Positions 1-13,466 of a stretch of DNA of 64,000 nucleotides are shown piece after piece. How positions within the stretch are numbered: position 1 is the stretch's first letter; each line of letters opens with the position of its first letter. Position numbers and translations under genes: made by a program. A model generated the notes under the pieces. That model saw only the letters and a program-made list of their open reading frames with translations. It ran no database searches and was not told where the DNA came from. The DNA comes from Vermamoeba vermiformis (Eukaryota): positions 248,001 through 312,000 of the forward strand of contig JBEWZL010000011.1 of assembly GCA_045837725.1 (NCBI GenBank), given 5' to 3'.

Positions 1-2728
1 TATGAACGGCAATGTTCCCATTCTCTTCCCACTTCTCCAATTCTAACTTGATGGCACTGTTATGTTTGGCTGTTCTTGTGGACAGTCGGGCAGATGGAAT
101 ATTTGGACTAAGAACCACAACCAGGTCAGAGCTAAATTGTTTGATAAGACCCTTCAGTTCTTTGTGCAAGCCTGAGGGAGAGATCTGCAAAGGTCATGTC
201 AACAAATGCTGTAGGTAAAACTTGAGTGTACCTTTGTTTGGCCTGCAACAACGTTACGGCATTGAACAAGCAAGAACTTTTGGAATACTTTTCCTTTGTA
301 GAGGGGAATGATAACGTTGGTAAAGTTTGATTTTGCTTCATTAATGACAATCAAGTGGTTTTGCTTGATAATGTCCAAGGTTGAGTTAAAGTTGTCAGCG
401 GTAGGTTCTAACTTGCCAATTAATTTGATGACTCCTTTCCAGCAAGCCTAAAATCAGAGTAAGTAGTCTATAAGATAATGAAATGCATACATCTAATCCA
501 GCAGTGCCATCAAGTGGTATAAGCTGGCTAAGTGGTACTGCAGGGGATTCTGAAGCTCCAGCAATTAACTTGTACCTCAGCCACAAAGTAACAGCAGCAG
601 CATCTTCAAGTAAGTCTCCTTTGAATGGCAAATTTGTTGCAGCTCTACTGGAGGTGTGGAATGATTGAACAACAGTTTGAAGTGTTATTGGCACTGGTTC
701 AAAACTGATACCCAGATTTTGAGGGATGCTGAATTGACTGAAGGAATCAAGTGGTTTCTTTAATCTCTCTGGGTAATAGAAAAATGGCATTGTGTAGTTT
801 CGAATCAGTGAGACTGGGACTTCAGTTGTTCTTTGCTCAGTGACTGGAATTGAGTATGGAATCAAGGCTCCAGTAGCTTCCAATGTCTCGGATGTGATAG
901 TTGGTGAGTAGATTTGTGCAATGGATAATTTGGGAAGACACAGTGCTGCTTCAACTTGCAATTTTTCAACATCCTTAATGTCAAACAGTGCTCCAAGACT
1001 AGAGACATTTGGCAATGCTTTCTCAATATCAGCCTTTCTCAAGAACTTCTGTTCGTCTCCTAAACCAACACTAGCATATGCATTTGCTAATCCTGTAGCA
1101 AAATATTCAATGGTTCTTGGCACTCCACAGCAATAAATCCAACGTTTGTAAAGTTGTGCTGAAAGGTCAAAGGACAGTAAATTGTCTGTTGTAGGTTGAT
1201 TTGGTGCATGGGCTAGTTGCTGATTTAACACAAACTGACAGACTTCATTCAAATAGTGGTGACTGAGTAATGGATCCATTGGCATTGAGTAAAGAAGGTT
1301 GTAGGCTGCAGGGTCATTTGCAAGATACAAGCCACCTAATTTGGTGCCTCCCTGCTTGATGGTTAGCATTCACATTACAAGGGAATAAACCTTACCATTG
1401 TCACAAGAAACTTCTTGTTGAGGGTTCTTGCAAAATAGGCAATGTCTCTAAACACCTTATGTGCATTGTTGTTGGTTGTGTATTCATTGGAGTCAGGAAG
1501 AAGGGTCTAGAAAAAAGATCAGGACAATTGTACTAGGAGTTATTGCTTACATGACATTCATCAATGATCAGCAAAGTCAAGTAGTCTTTAGTGTCATAGC
1601 AATCAACATGCACCAAGGGATGATATGGAGGAGAATTTGCATCAACACAACGGTCAAATATTTTGATCAATTCAGGCACAGTTTAAGTCCTTCAAATCTT
1701 TGCAGATTTTGCAGCAGGAAATACTTCAATGCTGAAGACAAACTTCTGTCAGAAAAGAAGTCAATGCAGAGATTTGTACTTACAAGGTTCGCCTGTTGGT
1801 GCTAGCTGAATTGATGCAATGCCATACATCACTCGTTGTTGCATTAGTGTTTGATGGAGTCTCACCAAAAACCGAACTTTAGCTTGAGAAGTCACCTTAG
1901 CTTGTTCCAATTGGCTAATTACTGGTTGTGTTATACGTAGATCGACTGTGAGTTTGTCGTTGAGGAATGAGTGAATGATGGCTGGAGATTGTAAGGCACG
2001 TATTCCCCATTCTGCCAGTAGTCGTGTTTTTCCAAAGCCAGGAGGTGCCGTGCAAATAACTGCAGGTGGTCTTGCATGAGTTTCAATGGTGAAAGCATGC
2101 CTCAGAATCGCTAAGATTGCGTTGTGCCGGCCAAAAAATGGAGGTCGCTTGTCCGTGCCCCAATATCGAAATTCAACGCCTGGTGGGTACGGCATAGCTA
2201 AGCGATTATCTTCGCACCTAATCAAGTCCTTGTATTGTTGCAGCTGACGGATGAATTCGTCTTGTGCTTCTTTGGTCGGATCTGTTTAACGAAAGATTAT
2301 TCATTAAAGTCCGTCCAATCCAAGGTGCTCGTGCATAGTAGTAGGCCCGCGATCTTTCATCTACTTACACTGCTGAATTACTCTATCAAAGAGGTTTAAG
2401 TCGTCGTTGCTCGGGAATTCCTTCCGCGGTGATTTGGTTTGCGGAGGTTTGGTCTGTTTAAGAGCGGCAGGATTCGAAGTCCGAGGCGACCTTGATATGA
2501 CTCGACTCGTCGAAAAAAGTCTTGATGGCGAGTAATGTTAGTGCAGTTTAATTAATTAGTAAAAATAAATTGTAATTTAGGAGTTCGTTTAATGTACCAA
2601 AGTAAAATTAGTTAAATTCAAATATTCTAATATTACCTGACCGCTTTGGTAACCGTTTTGAACCGCAATATTCCTTCATTAATGTTAGCGTTGTCTCGCA
2701 AAAATATCGATCGTTGCTTACCAAGCAT
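1..2728 (-). pseudogene. Large P-loop NTPase gene (Crinkler/STAND-like architecture), probably disrupted; runs off the window start
   Basis: Walker A APPGFGKT (2025-2048) is preceded by an FFGR motif, and Walker B LLIIDE lies at ~1557-1574. GT-AG introns are present. The exon at ~1550-1745 cannot be read through without a frameshift or stops. The 5' end is uncertain. Confidence 0.5.
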
Positions 2729-2974
2729 GTACTTCGGTTACAAGATAGTCAGAATTAAATTCGTTTGTATGTCTTTTTGCTGTTTGGAAACGAAACAAAA
2801 AGAAATTGAGGATCGACGCACCCTGCAAAACATTTGAGTTTTCGCGCGAGATTTCTTGTTTTCCGATGGTCGCTAAAAAGAGAGGATAAGTAGACGTTCT
2901 CGTATTGATAGGTAACGGAGTGCAAGATTAACCTACCAATACTTTCTAGCAAATATTTATTTTGCATGGGTTCA

Positions 2975-5900
2975 TCAATTTTGACGACTTAAAAACGCGA
3001 TCCATTTACAAATAGTCTCATCAGTCACCTCTGGGAAATTATACCCTCGTTGTTGCATCAAATTCACTGAATTCGTGCAATCGTAGTCGCTGTTGCGTGT
3101 GGGGAATACGTTTCGGCCTTTGAAGTATTCTTCCCCGAGCAAGTAGATGGCATTAGATTGCTCTATTATCGCATAATTAGACAGTTTTATGAAATAGCGA
3201 GTAAAAATTTGATTTTCTTGCGTAGATCCGACGGAAAAAAATTTTGTCGTAACTTACCTAATTTGGGCAAGATCTGAGTCTTCCAATCATTAAATGACAA
3301 CTTCTCAATATTTAGCTTGGCTTGCTCATCGAGCATATCAACGAGATGATCGAATTTCACTCGGTTGGGATTATACAAGTTGAAAATCTTGCCTAGATCT
3401 GACCGACCAACAAAAATTAGAAATTTCGTTGAAAAGGGTTACGACTTACTTTGTTCGTATTCCTCACTTAAGTCGCAAATAAATCGTGCAATAAAATCAA
3501 CTGGATTCATTTCCAAGTTTGATTGCGTGTTGTACGGGCTATTTTTGGATTGCATTATGCCCATCAACATTCGCGAATCAAAATCCTCTGTCAAAAGCAT
3601 TAGATCAAGATGATATAGTACTATTGTATAGTAGGTACCTAGGTGTGCATATCCGTTAATTGTGGAGCTCGAAATCATGCCTGGTCTGGCTACAATGGCT
3701 TTCAAACCGGACCGGATCGCGGACATGACAATTCTTTCCGCGACGTATTTAGTGGCGCTAGTAGTATAATTAGTTAATAATAAGACTTAATATTATGATT
3801 TACTTACTTGTATCCACCAACTTCCTCAAAATACTCGTTGTTGAATTTGTCTTCGTAGATCAGCTCGATCTCCTTTCGATAATCATAGGACCAGCATACG
3901 CTTGTAGTAGATACATATATAAGCAGCTTATCCTTCATATTCAATGCGAAATCGACGATCTGCTTCGTTCCAATCACGTTGGCTTTTTTCAGTGAAGCGT
4001 AAGGAAGGACTGAATTGACGTAAGCAGCCGCGTGGTAAATAATATCGATCGATTTGCATAAAGAATCGAATTCTTCTTTTTCTAAGCCGAAGTTTTCTTT
4101 GGATAAGTCACCAATGACCTGTAAATAGAAAATGATGTTCGTTTTAGATCCGGTACAAAATGGTGAAAGGAAGACTTACGGGCTTAACAATATCGTCATA
4201 TTCACTGATCCATTCCAATTCCGCGAATTTAAATCGATTTTTGATCACGGTCAAGCCAGATCTGTCTTCGCGAAGTGCAGAAGGTCGGATCAGGCAATAA
4301 ATACTGTCGATTGTATTTCCATTTCGGGTTAATAGCTCGTATAGCATTTGCGTGCCTAAGAAGCCAGTAACACCAGTTAATAGGACCTTTGACCGATTTG
4401 TATCGATTTTCATTTCGCGTTGCGGATCCACTTTGATTTCGTCTAGAATTTTGAGCTCATTTCTTATATCGAATCCACTGCCAATATTCTTCGACTTCAG
4501 TTGGACTAGATTAGACAGGGCATTCATATTGGTTTCCTAGTAAAAACAAATATTCATTAATTGGGATCCGCTTAACTTTGATCTGGCAGTGTACTTACTT
4601 CGCCGAGCAAGACATTAAGCGGCATATCAATAGCATAGTCTTTCTTCAATAGGTTTCTGATTTTAATAGCGCTCAATGAGTCTACTCCGAGATTGACGAG
4701 ACTCACTATTCAACGAATTAATTAATTTTCGAAAATCGTTAATAAATCATTAAGATAAATGTACTAATATGGCTGAAATATTACTATGATATTTAGTGTA
4801 TTATTAAAGAGTATAAGGATCGTACGGTTGAGCGAATTTGAAGCGGTCTTGTGATTGCCTTACCTTCTTCCAAGTCAGTAACCAGCTTATCGCTGTACCC
4901 GAGACTTTGCAAAATTTCTTTGAATTTGTTCTTGAAGTTGTCGTCGTGCAACGGATTCTTCGGACTTTCACCAAGATCTACATAAGCCTTGGCAATTTCG
5001 ACGTTGAACTCTTTAACGATATGGTGTCTGCAATATTATTTAATAAAATAGCTATTCAAAAAAAGGATAATATTTCCATATTAGGGAATAAAATAATAAT
5101 GTACCTGATCACTTTGCGATCGTTGTCCAAGAAAGCAAGAGGTGTTAGTATTAGGCCAAAGGGCACCTCATGTGACCTCAATCGTTCACTACGGGCAATA
5201 CGAATGATTTCACTATGAATTAAGGCGCGAGTGTCCGGATGCGAAACCAGATCTGACCACTCTGATTCCATGTTTTTACCGAACTGTTTTTCAGCCCATT
5301 GCAATAGCGTCTTTTTCATAGGTAATATAATAGCGAGCTATAATAAGAGATTAGAACTATTCACTGATGTTTTGTAAGACAGGTCTGATCCGGATCTTAC
5401 CAAGTATGACTGCAACATATCGCCATGAATAAATATCTGTTCGATAAATGGGCTTCTCATATAAAGGTTTTCTAAGCGAGCAGGTCTAAGTAGACGAGTT
5501 AATACAAGCTTGTACGAGTAATACTAACGGATCGGACGTACTCTATGTATTCTCCTTGAGCAAGTTTAAAAATAGCTTTCTTTCTATCGATAATTTTAAT
5601 CGATCGTTGCGCTGGATTTAACTCGACTATATCACCAGTGTGGTACCAGCCGTCATCCGTAAATACTTCCTCGCTGTACAATTAACCGTTAATACATAAA
5701 TAATTAGAAGCAATTAGATCCTTACGTTCGTTTTTTGTCGCCAAAATAACCGCCAGACTAGAAGAATAATAGCATTTAATTTCTGAGAATTTTTGAGGTT
5801 AATTATAAAACGTACGATGTCTGGCTTCTTAACGACGAGTTCTCCTCTGGGAAATGGCTTATCGTTCGAGGTATATTCTTCCCAGTCTTCTAGTCGATAT

Positions 5901-7972
5901 TCTGCGGCAAAATTTGAGTCATTCGTACTGGTTACAAAAACGTTATAAACGGATCTTACCTAACGACCGATCCAAAATGCCGTCTGATGCAATGGCACCC
6001 ACTTCTCTAGCTCCGTATGAATTATAAATAGATGCCATATTGCCGTAACATTTACGCAAAAATTTGAGCACTTCGTCGCTCGTTGCGGCACCGCCTGTTA
6101 CGATGATTTTTATGCGATCTCCTAACACTTGCGAGAAATCTTGCAAAGCTTTTTCTTCAGCTCCCAGCGGCTATTATGCGTTGTTAGTAATATGCTATGA
6201 GTGTTATGACTTACTGTTTCACCGTTCTCAATGTACGTCTGAATCGCGTGTTTGTACTCGGAATAAATTTTGTTATAGAACACAGGTGATGCTGAAATAC
6301 TACTAGGGCGTGCTATAAGAATATCTTCAAATACTAGATCGACAGACTAGAGAAAGTCATTAGCAATCGTCAAAGTAAGCAAAATTCAAAAAAAAATTAA
6401 CGAACGGATGTGGCCTTAAAGTTCAAAAGGATGCTTACGCCTGAATAAATAGCTATTCTGAAACCACAAATGAGTGCTTTCAAATCATTTTTTCTGTCGC
6501 TGTTGGCCCAAGAGACCGTCAAACTAACTCCGCCCAAAGTAAATGACTTTGCGATCCAAGTGCGAGCCCAGGCTTCTGTAATTACAACGCCTTTTGGTAC
6601 TCCCGTACTACCACTCGTATCTAAGTATAATAATGATAATTAACGATTGTTACTTATTAAGGAAATTTCGGAACTACTACTTACAAAATAACGTTAAAAC
6701 ATCTTCTGGTTTCGTTACAACGAATAACGACGAGTTATTTTTCTTGCCCTACAATTAATTATTAATTTAAAATCCGATTATTTCCTTATTTGGAAGAGTC
6801 ATCAATGTAACGCACCATTTTTTCGATGTCTTCCCAATCGTAAATCTTGATTCGATCGCCGATGAGGTCTTTATACTTCTCCAATACTATTGTCTTATTA
6901 ATCGAGGCAGGGTTAGGCATGACGACCAAGTGTTTCACTGTTGGTGCTTGTTGCGATGCGCGTAATGCTTTTTCAATTACATCGTCGTCACAGACAAATA
7001 CTTTCATCTTCGTGGAGTTCATAATATTAATCAAGCCCTCTTCGTCTATAAAATATTAATATTAATATCTTATTTATCAAATATAATCCTGTTGAATGGG
7101 ACCAACACGAACATCACTTTTTGAGCGTTAGATCCAGAAACATTATATTACATTTTTATAAATGAAATAATAGAATATACTTATACGTACCTATATTATA
7201 TGGAATAACAGGCCCGACAAACGAGTTGACGTAACAAGAAAAATCAGCGACGTACCACTCGACGCTGTTCTTCGCGCAGATTCCAATAAAGTCACGTGGC
7301 TCGGCTATTTTACGCAATCCAAAACCAAAATTTTTAATTTTTTTGAATACGTCTTTGTAAGTAAGCCAAGTAAATTCGCGGGCCAAAACGCCATCCGTTC
7401 CACGAGCTCTGTAACCAAGACAAGGTCTGTTTGATATTAAAATATAGTTCTATATGATATGTAGTATTCGTATACGCCATGGTTTGAGATAAAGCGGTAT
7501 TTGAAACAGATCTTACCGTGATCCCCAATATTCGAACGCATTTCTTTAAATTAACCGTTAGTTGAATACAGACGTGAAGAAATAAATAATTACCTCACTA
7601 TTTGCATAAATGAAGGAGCATCTTTCTTAATTAATGCCTCTGTTTCGTCTTGATGATATTTTTCAATAACGAGTTTATGCTGATGCTTTTCTTTTTTGAC
7701 GCATTTCGCGCATAAAAAAAAATCTAAGCACTCTATATGGTAAATAAAATAATTAACGCGTGATCTTGAGAAAGGGGAAGTTGACAGTTGGAAAAAGTCT
7801 AGAAAATAAAAATTTAAATTAGATAATTACCAAAGCATTTATGACGCTCATCACCGGCAAATAGACCTCTAGCGCATTTGACGCAATGGTTGTAGACGAC
7901 ATATTTATTCGCTGTGAACAAATTTCGTTAAATCTGAATCCGATCGTTTAACAAGTCACACTTACATGCCAT
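2975..7972 (-). CDS. Carboxylic acid reductase-like NRPS-like enzyme: ZZ zinc finger + adenylation (acyl-CoA synthetase-like) + phosphopantetheine carrier + SDR reductase; multi-exon
   Basis: A-domain motifs [24 protein letters not shown] and [17 protein letters not shown]. Carrier motif LGVDSLSA (~4670-4700). Reductase motifs [19 protein letters not shown] and GGYxATK. N-terminal CVKC..C..C..CAKC..HQH. TGA stop at 2975-2977. Confidence 0.88.
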
Positions 7973-8493
7973 TCGCTTCCTGCGAATAAATTATATAAAA
8001 TATATGTACAACACGTAAGTTAGGTTTTGTTGCCCTCTTCTTTGAAGGGTCAAGCATTTAAAGTTCAAACCGAAATTTTACCGTTGGACTTTAGGACTTG
8101 AGGAAACACGTGGACCGTACGGTAGCGACCAATCGGATACAGCTTTTCATATCTCAAATAATAATATCGAAGTCTTTCCAAGCACGGCAAACATGATGTT
8201 TTTGTGGAAAAATAGCGCCCGAAAAAACGGTGCAATGGTTCCCTTTTTGGTGGTTGGAGCTTTGATGCCATCACCTTAAATATGTTTACTTTATACAAAA
8301 CCAAACGAAAGTTCCATAAGAGGAGATGTGCTTTATTTATAGGTCCTGTTCAAAGAAAATCACGTGCCTCGTTAGTTAACGACAAACAGAAACCGTTTTT
8401 CTAATACCGTTCCTTATATAACAATTTATTGCCTTGCCACCACATATCTAAAATTTTAATACAGATAGAGAAGCTTCGTCGAAAAAAAAACAA

Positions 8494-9275
8494 ATGAAGC
8501 AGATCAGCGTTTGCCTTAGCCTGCTCACCGTTGCTTATTTTGTAGGACCCGCTATTTCATTTCCCAAAGTGCAACAGGAATTCACCGCCGACTGCGATTA
8601 TTCTTTCAACGACGACGGAACCTACTGGAATGCATCTGGCAAAATGTATTCACTGCAAAACCAAAATTTGCTCCGACAAGATTATTCTAACGAACGAGGA
8701 GAAAAAGTTCAATTTTTTCAAATGTCCAGAAGCATGGTACGTATTACATAATAATAATTTGTTTTGATTTTCGAAAATTCGATCCGGTACAAATTAAGCA
8801 ATCCCGAGGTTTTCGTAGTTAGTATATATAATATGTAATAACCTATTATAACAAATGTTCTAGTTGCCACAAACTGATTTTTTACTCGATAGGCAGATTT
8901 TTATTTGGTAACGTACTCAGCTAAACCGACTTGCACCCGTAACACCATGTACTACCCTGGCTTTCCATGGTTATTTGAAGACACTGAAGCAGCGAAATAT
9001 GTCGGTAAGTGATTAATGATTAAAAATAAAGCGTGTTACGGATTGAGTTTAACGGATTTGCTAAACTAGGCAAGGTTAAAAAAGGAAACCAAAATCTCGA
9101 TTTGTGGCAATGGTCTAATGTTGACAATCTAAAGAGCTGGTATATTGATGAAAAGAGCAATCTGGCACGCTATGAGCTTGAAAATGCGTGGGCATTCAGA
9201 AAAATCGGCTTCAAAAATATAATTAATAAGGTTAATAAGACGCAAGATTTTGCGATCCCGAAGATATGTTTTTAA
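8494..9275 (+). CDS. Secreted ependymin-related (LolA-fold-like) protein, paralog 1; 3 exons
   Basis: Signal peptide, FP..F.ADC start, G.MY....LLRQDY motif, central Cys and C-terminal DFAIPKIC, all typical of ependymin-related proteins. Confidence 0.65.
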
Positions 9276-9666
9276 TTAAACGGTGCAGAGCATCGAATCC
9301 GAAATAAATGAATAAAAAATTAGATTAAAGTATTATACAACCACCTATTTCATGCCACAATGTCTAAATTTAACGGTTCCTATTAGTAGAAATTATTAGT
9401 TTATTTTTGGGACATAATTGGAATAAGAGTACACGATCGCGTGACAAAAAATACTCTAATGTTACCTGTACGAGTATGCAGGCGAATAAATATTAAGGTA
9501 GTAAATATTTTAGTATTGTTGGTATCTTTCTGTGCGGATCGCGATTACAGGGAAAAAACCGTCGTTTTCGTTTTGTGGTGCTGATTATTATATTTTTGAA
9601 CGAAAGAGTAGTAGCAAAAATTGCACTACCAATAATTGGCAAGTGATTATCATATTTAGCCGAAGA

Positions 9667-10463
9667 ATGAAAGAGATCTTGGTTATCGTGGTTGTAGTCT
9701 TGCTTACCTGCGGTCAATTATCACTCGCTCAAATAGGAAGGTTCCCAAATGTACCAAGAGATTTTAAAGCCGATTGTTTTTACTACTTCAGCAACAACGC
9801 AAAGAGTTGGGGATCTGATGGCAAAGTGTGGTACATGGAGAGCAAAAATTTATTCCGCCAAGATTACGCTAATAAGCTAGGAGAGCGGGTTGAATTTTTA
9901 CAATTATCTTTTTACCGGGTAAGGCATTATTAGAATTAGTAATTGAATTTTCTTTCAAAAAAAAACTCGTTGGATCTAACCATTTCCGAATCTTTGCTAT
10001 CAATTATAACTCATTTTGAATAAGTTTCTACGACTTTGTACTAATTAGCGACCAGAGAGATTTTTATCTGATCACCAACTCAACAAATCCGACTTGCAGC
10101 CGTAATTTGCTTGATTATCCGGGTTCGCCATACATTTTTGAAGACAGCGATAAAGCGGAATATTTTGGTACGTATAAAAACATATACTTTAAAAAACGAA
10201 GGGCAACGAAACTGATCGGATCTGCTACGTTTGTAGGAAAGACCCAAAGAGGACAGAAGGTTCTAATCTGGTGGAGATATGCTACTGATAATGGCTATAA
10301 AAATTGGTATTTCGACGAAAATAATAATTTGGTGAGCTATGATGTTACGGACAAGTCGTGGGCATTCAAGTCAATGGAATTTAGCAACCTTGTCGCTAAC
10401 CAGCTCAATGTTACGCAAGATTTTATGGTTCCAAAGATATGCTCAAAAAATAGCGAAAAATAG
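9667..10463 (+). CDS. Secreted ependymin-related protein, paralog 2; 3 exons
   Basis: Clear paralog of 8494-9275 (RQDY, PTC.RN, YPG.P..FED, QDF..PKIC) with the same intron positions. Confidence 0.65.
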
Positions 10464-10548
10464 CATAATTAAATATATCCTTACCGCGTTGTACTGGATC
10501 CATTTTTTTCGTCGCAGATCTTGTTCGTTGTATTTTGAATTTTTATAA

Positions 10549-13230
10549 TCAGCTAATTGACAACTCTTTCATTTTTTGTAATATTATATCTTCCAATAGC
10601 TTGCAACTCCTTCCTTCGATCATTTGTAATAACTCTCGGCAATTATTTTGATCGATGAAGTGGCTTACCAAATTTAAGCATGTTTCTATAAGCCTTGAAT
10701 GGTCTATACTCGGATTAGACTCTTGAGATAGGCATAAGTAATTAGCGTTCAGTAAAATTGAAATGGCATCGTTTGGATCTGAAATGACGAAAGAGTTTGG
10801 TTTGTACAGGTATTCAACCAATACTTTCAGCGCTGAAGGAGAAATTCCACCTGAATTTTCGTCGGGGATATCTAATACTCCTATAGCGTAATCGTTTAGA
10901 CGGAAACAAAAAGATTTTGGATCGGATTCGTACCTTGAAAGGATTCTTTCAGCGAGCTTGTGAAGCATCGATAGAAAAAATCGTTTCGTAATGCCAATAC
11001 TAGTTTATGGCAGCCAATCTCTTCTTTGCCAACTTTCAACGTGCAGTCACTCGAAACGAACCTTAAAGAATGAAGTTTCGTTACGGCCATTGCAAAGTTT
11101 GAAATCTCTCCTGCTTTGGTCTCTACATAAGCAATACCCTTCTGCATTAATTTTTCGTCTTCAATAGCGTCGTACAATTCCTTCATGAAACTATTCTTCG
11201 ATTTTTTCAATACAGATCTTGCTTCTTTTGAAATTTGTTCTCTGTTTGCTGATATGTATTTTAAGCACGACGCTGTTAAGCTATAAAATTTCAGTTGTTT
11301 TGATAACTCGTATAATTCCATAACGTCGCTAAGTGTTCGGATCTCGCAGTCCAAGTAATGAACGTATTGCTGAAAGCTACTCAAAGCTGAATCTGATATG
11401 GTCTTATTGTCCTCTATACTCTTAATAACGCCATTATCGAATAGCCTCGGGCATATGAGCTGAACTAACGGCTTGTAAAATCCGCGTTGTCTTACTTTGA
11501 CCGAGAAGATTGACGTCTCGTGTAATATTGGCGCCACTGCTAAGTTGAAATCCTTGCTAATAGCATCATCTATTATTGTATTAATAATAAATAGGAAGAA
11601 AAAGTGCTTTCGTACCTGAAAACCCATGATGAATTAAGACTGGATCCGTGACCAGATCTACTTCCGTTAGATATCCCCAAGCAACAATCTCGCTCGTGTC
11701 TAATGTTTATTAGCATTCGTTAAAGAATATTGCGACGAATTACCTGTTAAAGCGAGCACGTGACTTTCACTGACAGAAACATCGACGAATTTGCCATTGA
11801 ACTTTATCTTATTGTCGTAGCTCTTAGTAGAACACCGAGAGGCATCATTTGCTCCATATACATAGATCTCGCCGTCCACTATATATATTATTAGCGTCTA
11901 TAGATTATACAAAAGTAGCTCCGTACTTGTTAAGACGAAAGTGTTGGACTCGAAGGCGATAATTTTCTTCGCGTCAAGTGTGTTCAATAATGGTATTTTG
12001 TGCGGACCGTTCCGTAGCGATGAATCTTCTAATATCAGCTGGTTATGGTCATTTTTTCCGATGCCGAAGTATTCGCCCTCTGATTACGAAATTAGGAAAA
12101 AATGATGTTCGATAAGACACGTACCAGATACGAATATTGCGTGACTATGACCAACGTATAACTTGCTAATATGTTTTTGCGTGTCGTGGAATAGATGTAC
12201 GGAGCGAGGTTCCGTTGTAATTGAATTTGGTTCGTTGTTCAAAAACTGGCCGAGGTTCGCACCCCACGAATAAAGCTCGCCCTTATCTACAGAACATTAT
12301 ATACATATTCATAATAAAATTGGGTAATAATTACCTGAAATGATAAATGAAGCAGTTACTGCAGCTATTTTATCGATACGGAGTGATGGTGGAAGCCTTA
12401 TGAGGGTTGGTGTTTTGAAGCTAAAAATTGGCTCAGGATGCAACTGATTGTTCTGATTTTGACCCCATCCATAGAGCTTGCCATCATCTATAATAGTGTT
12501 GGTCTTAATAGACTACGAGCGTTATACTTACGCAACAAGACTATCGTAAAGTACGCGCCAGCGATGATTTTTTTGACAGGAGATAAATTGTTAAAAAATG
12601 ATAGTTCCGTGGGCAAATATCTATTTTCGGTATCTCCGAGTCCTAATTGTCCTAAACTATTGTCGCCCCATACGTAAAGCTTGCGGTCACCTGCAGCGCG
12701 TGTTCAAAATTAATGAAGATTACGTTGCTAATAGTATGAAAAATCATACTTGCTAAAGCAACACAGTGGCTGTGGCCAACGCATATTTTTTCAATTCTTC
12801 GTTGTGCTGACGCGAAGAACGGAACTATAGTCGGAGAAAGCGCATCTACCGCGTTTCCAAGTCCCAACTGGCCAACAGAATTTTTTCCCCACGAGAAAAG
12901 GTACCCATTAGCTATATTTTAAAGAATAAGTATTATTTTAATTATTGATATTTTTCTAATTGAATAAAAATTATTATTTGACTTTCAGTTTGCTCCGCCG
13001 GATCCTTTAACATACTGATCACTAGTGATAACGTAAATATTTATAATTAACCTTACTGGTAAAAGCTAGGGAAAAGAAAGATCCAGCAGCCACATGGATA
13101 AGCCGCTCACAATTTCTGAAGCTTGAAAGAAGGAAGTTAGGACTCGATTGACTTAAAGCAACACAAATGAAAGTACCCTAGTTTCATCAGGCTGTGGTGT
13201 TACTATTTGACGGGTGCTCGAAATGAAACC
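10549..13230 (-). CDS. RCC1-repeat and BTB/POZ domain protein; multi-exon, start not resolved
   Basis: RCC1 blades (LFSWGKNSVGQLGLG, LYVWGDNSLGQLGLG, CVGHSHCVAL). BTB motif SDCTLKVGKEEIGCHKLVLALRNDFFYRCF. Confidence 0.8.
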
Positions 13231-13393
13231 GCCTCGTTAAGAGCAGTGAGCCGAGATGACAACTAGCTAGAACAATATACTGCTACGATGAGAAACCCAA
13301 TCCGATTGCTACTCCGAAAACACGTAAGTGCAACCAAAGTTATTTGGTGCGGAAGCGGTGAGGTCCAATCTGAGCGAATTTTCGAATCAACAA

Positions 13394-13466
13394 TCCGACA
13401 TGGTGTAGGGGTTCAGCATATCCGCCTGTCACGCGGGTGACCCGGGTTCGATTCCCGGTGTTGGAG
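13394..13466 (+). tRNA. tRNA-Asp (GTC)
   Basis: Acceptor stem TCCGACA/TGTTGGA, anticodon arm TCCGC-CTGTCAC-GCGGG, T-arm CCGGG-TTCGATT-CCCGG. A downstream T-run can serve as the Pol III terminator. Confidence 0.95.
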
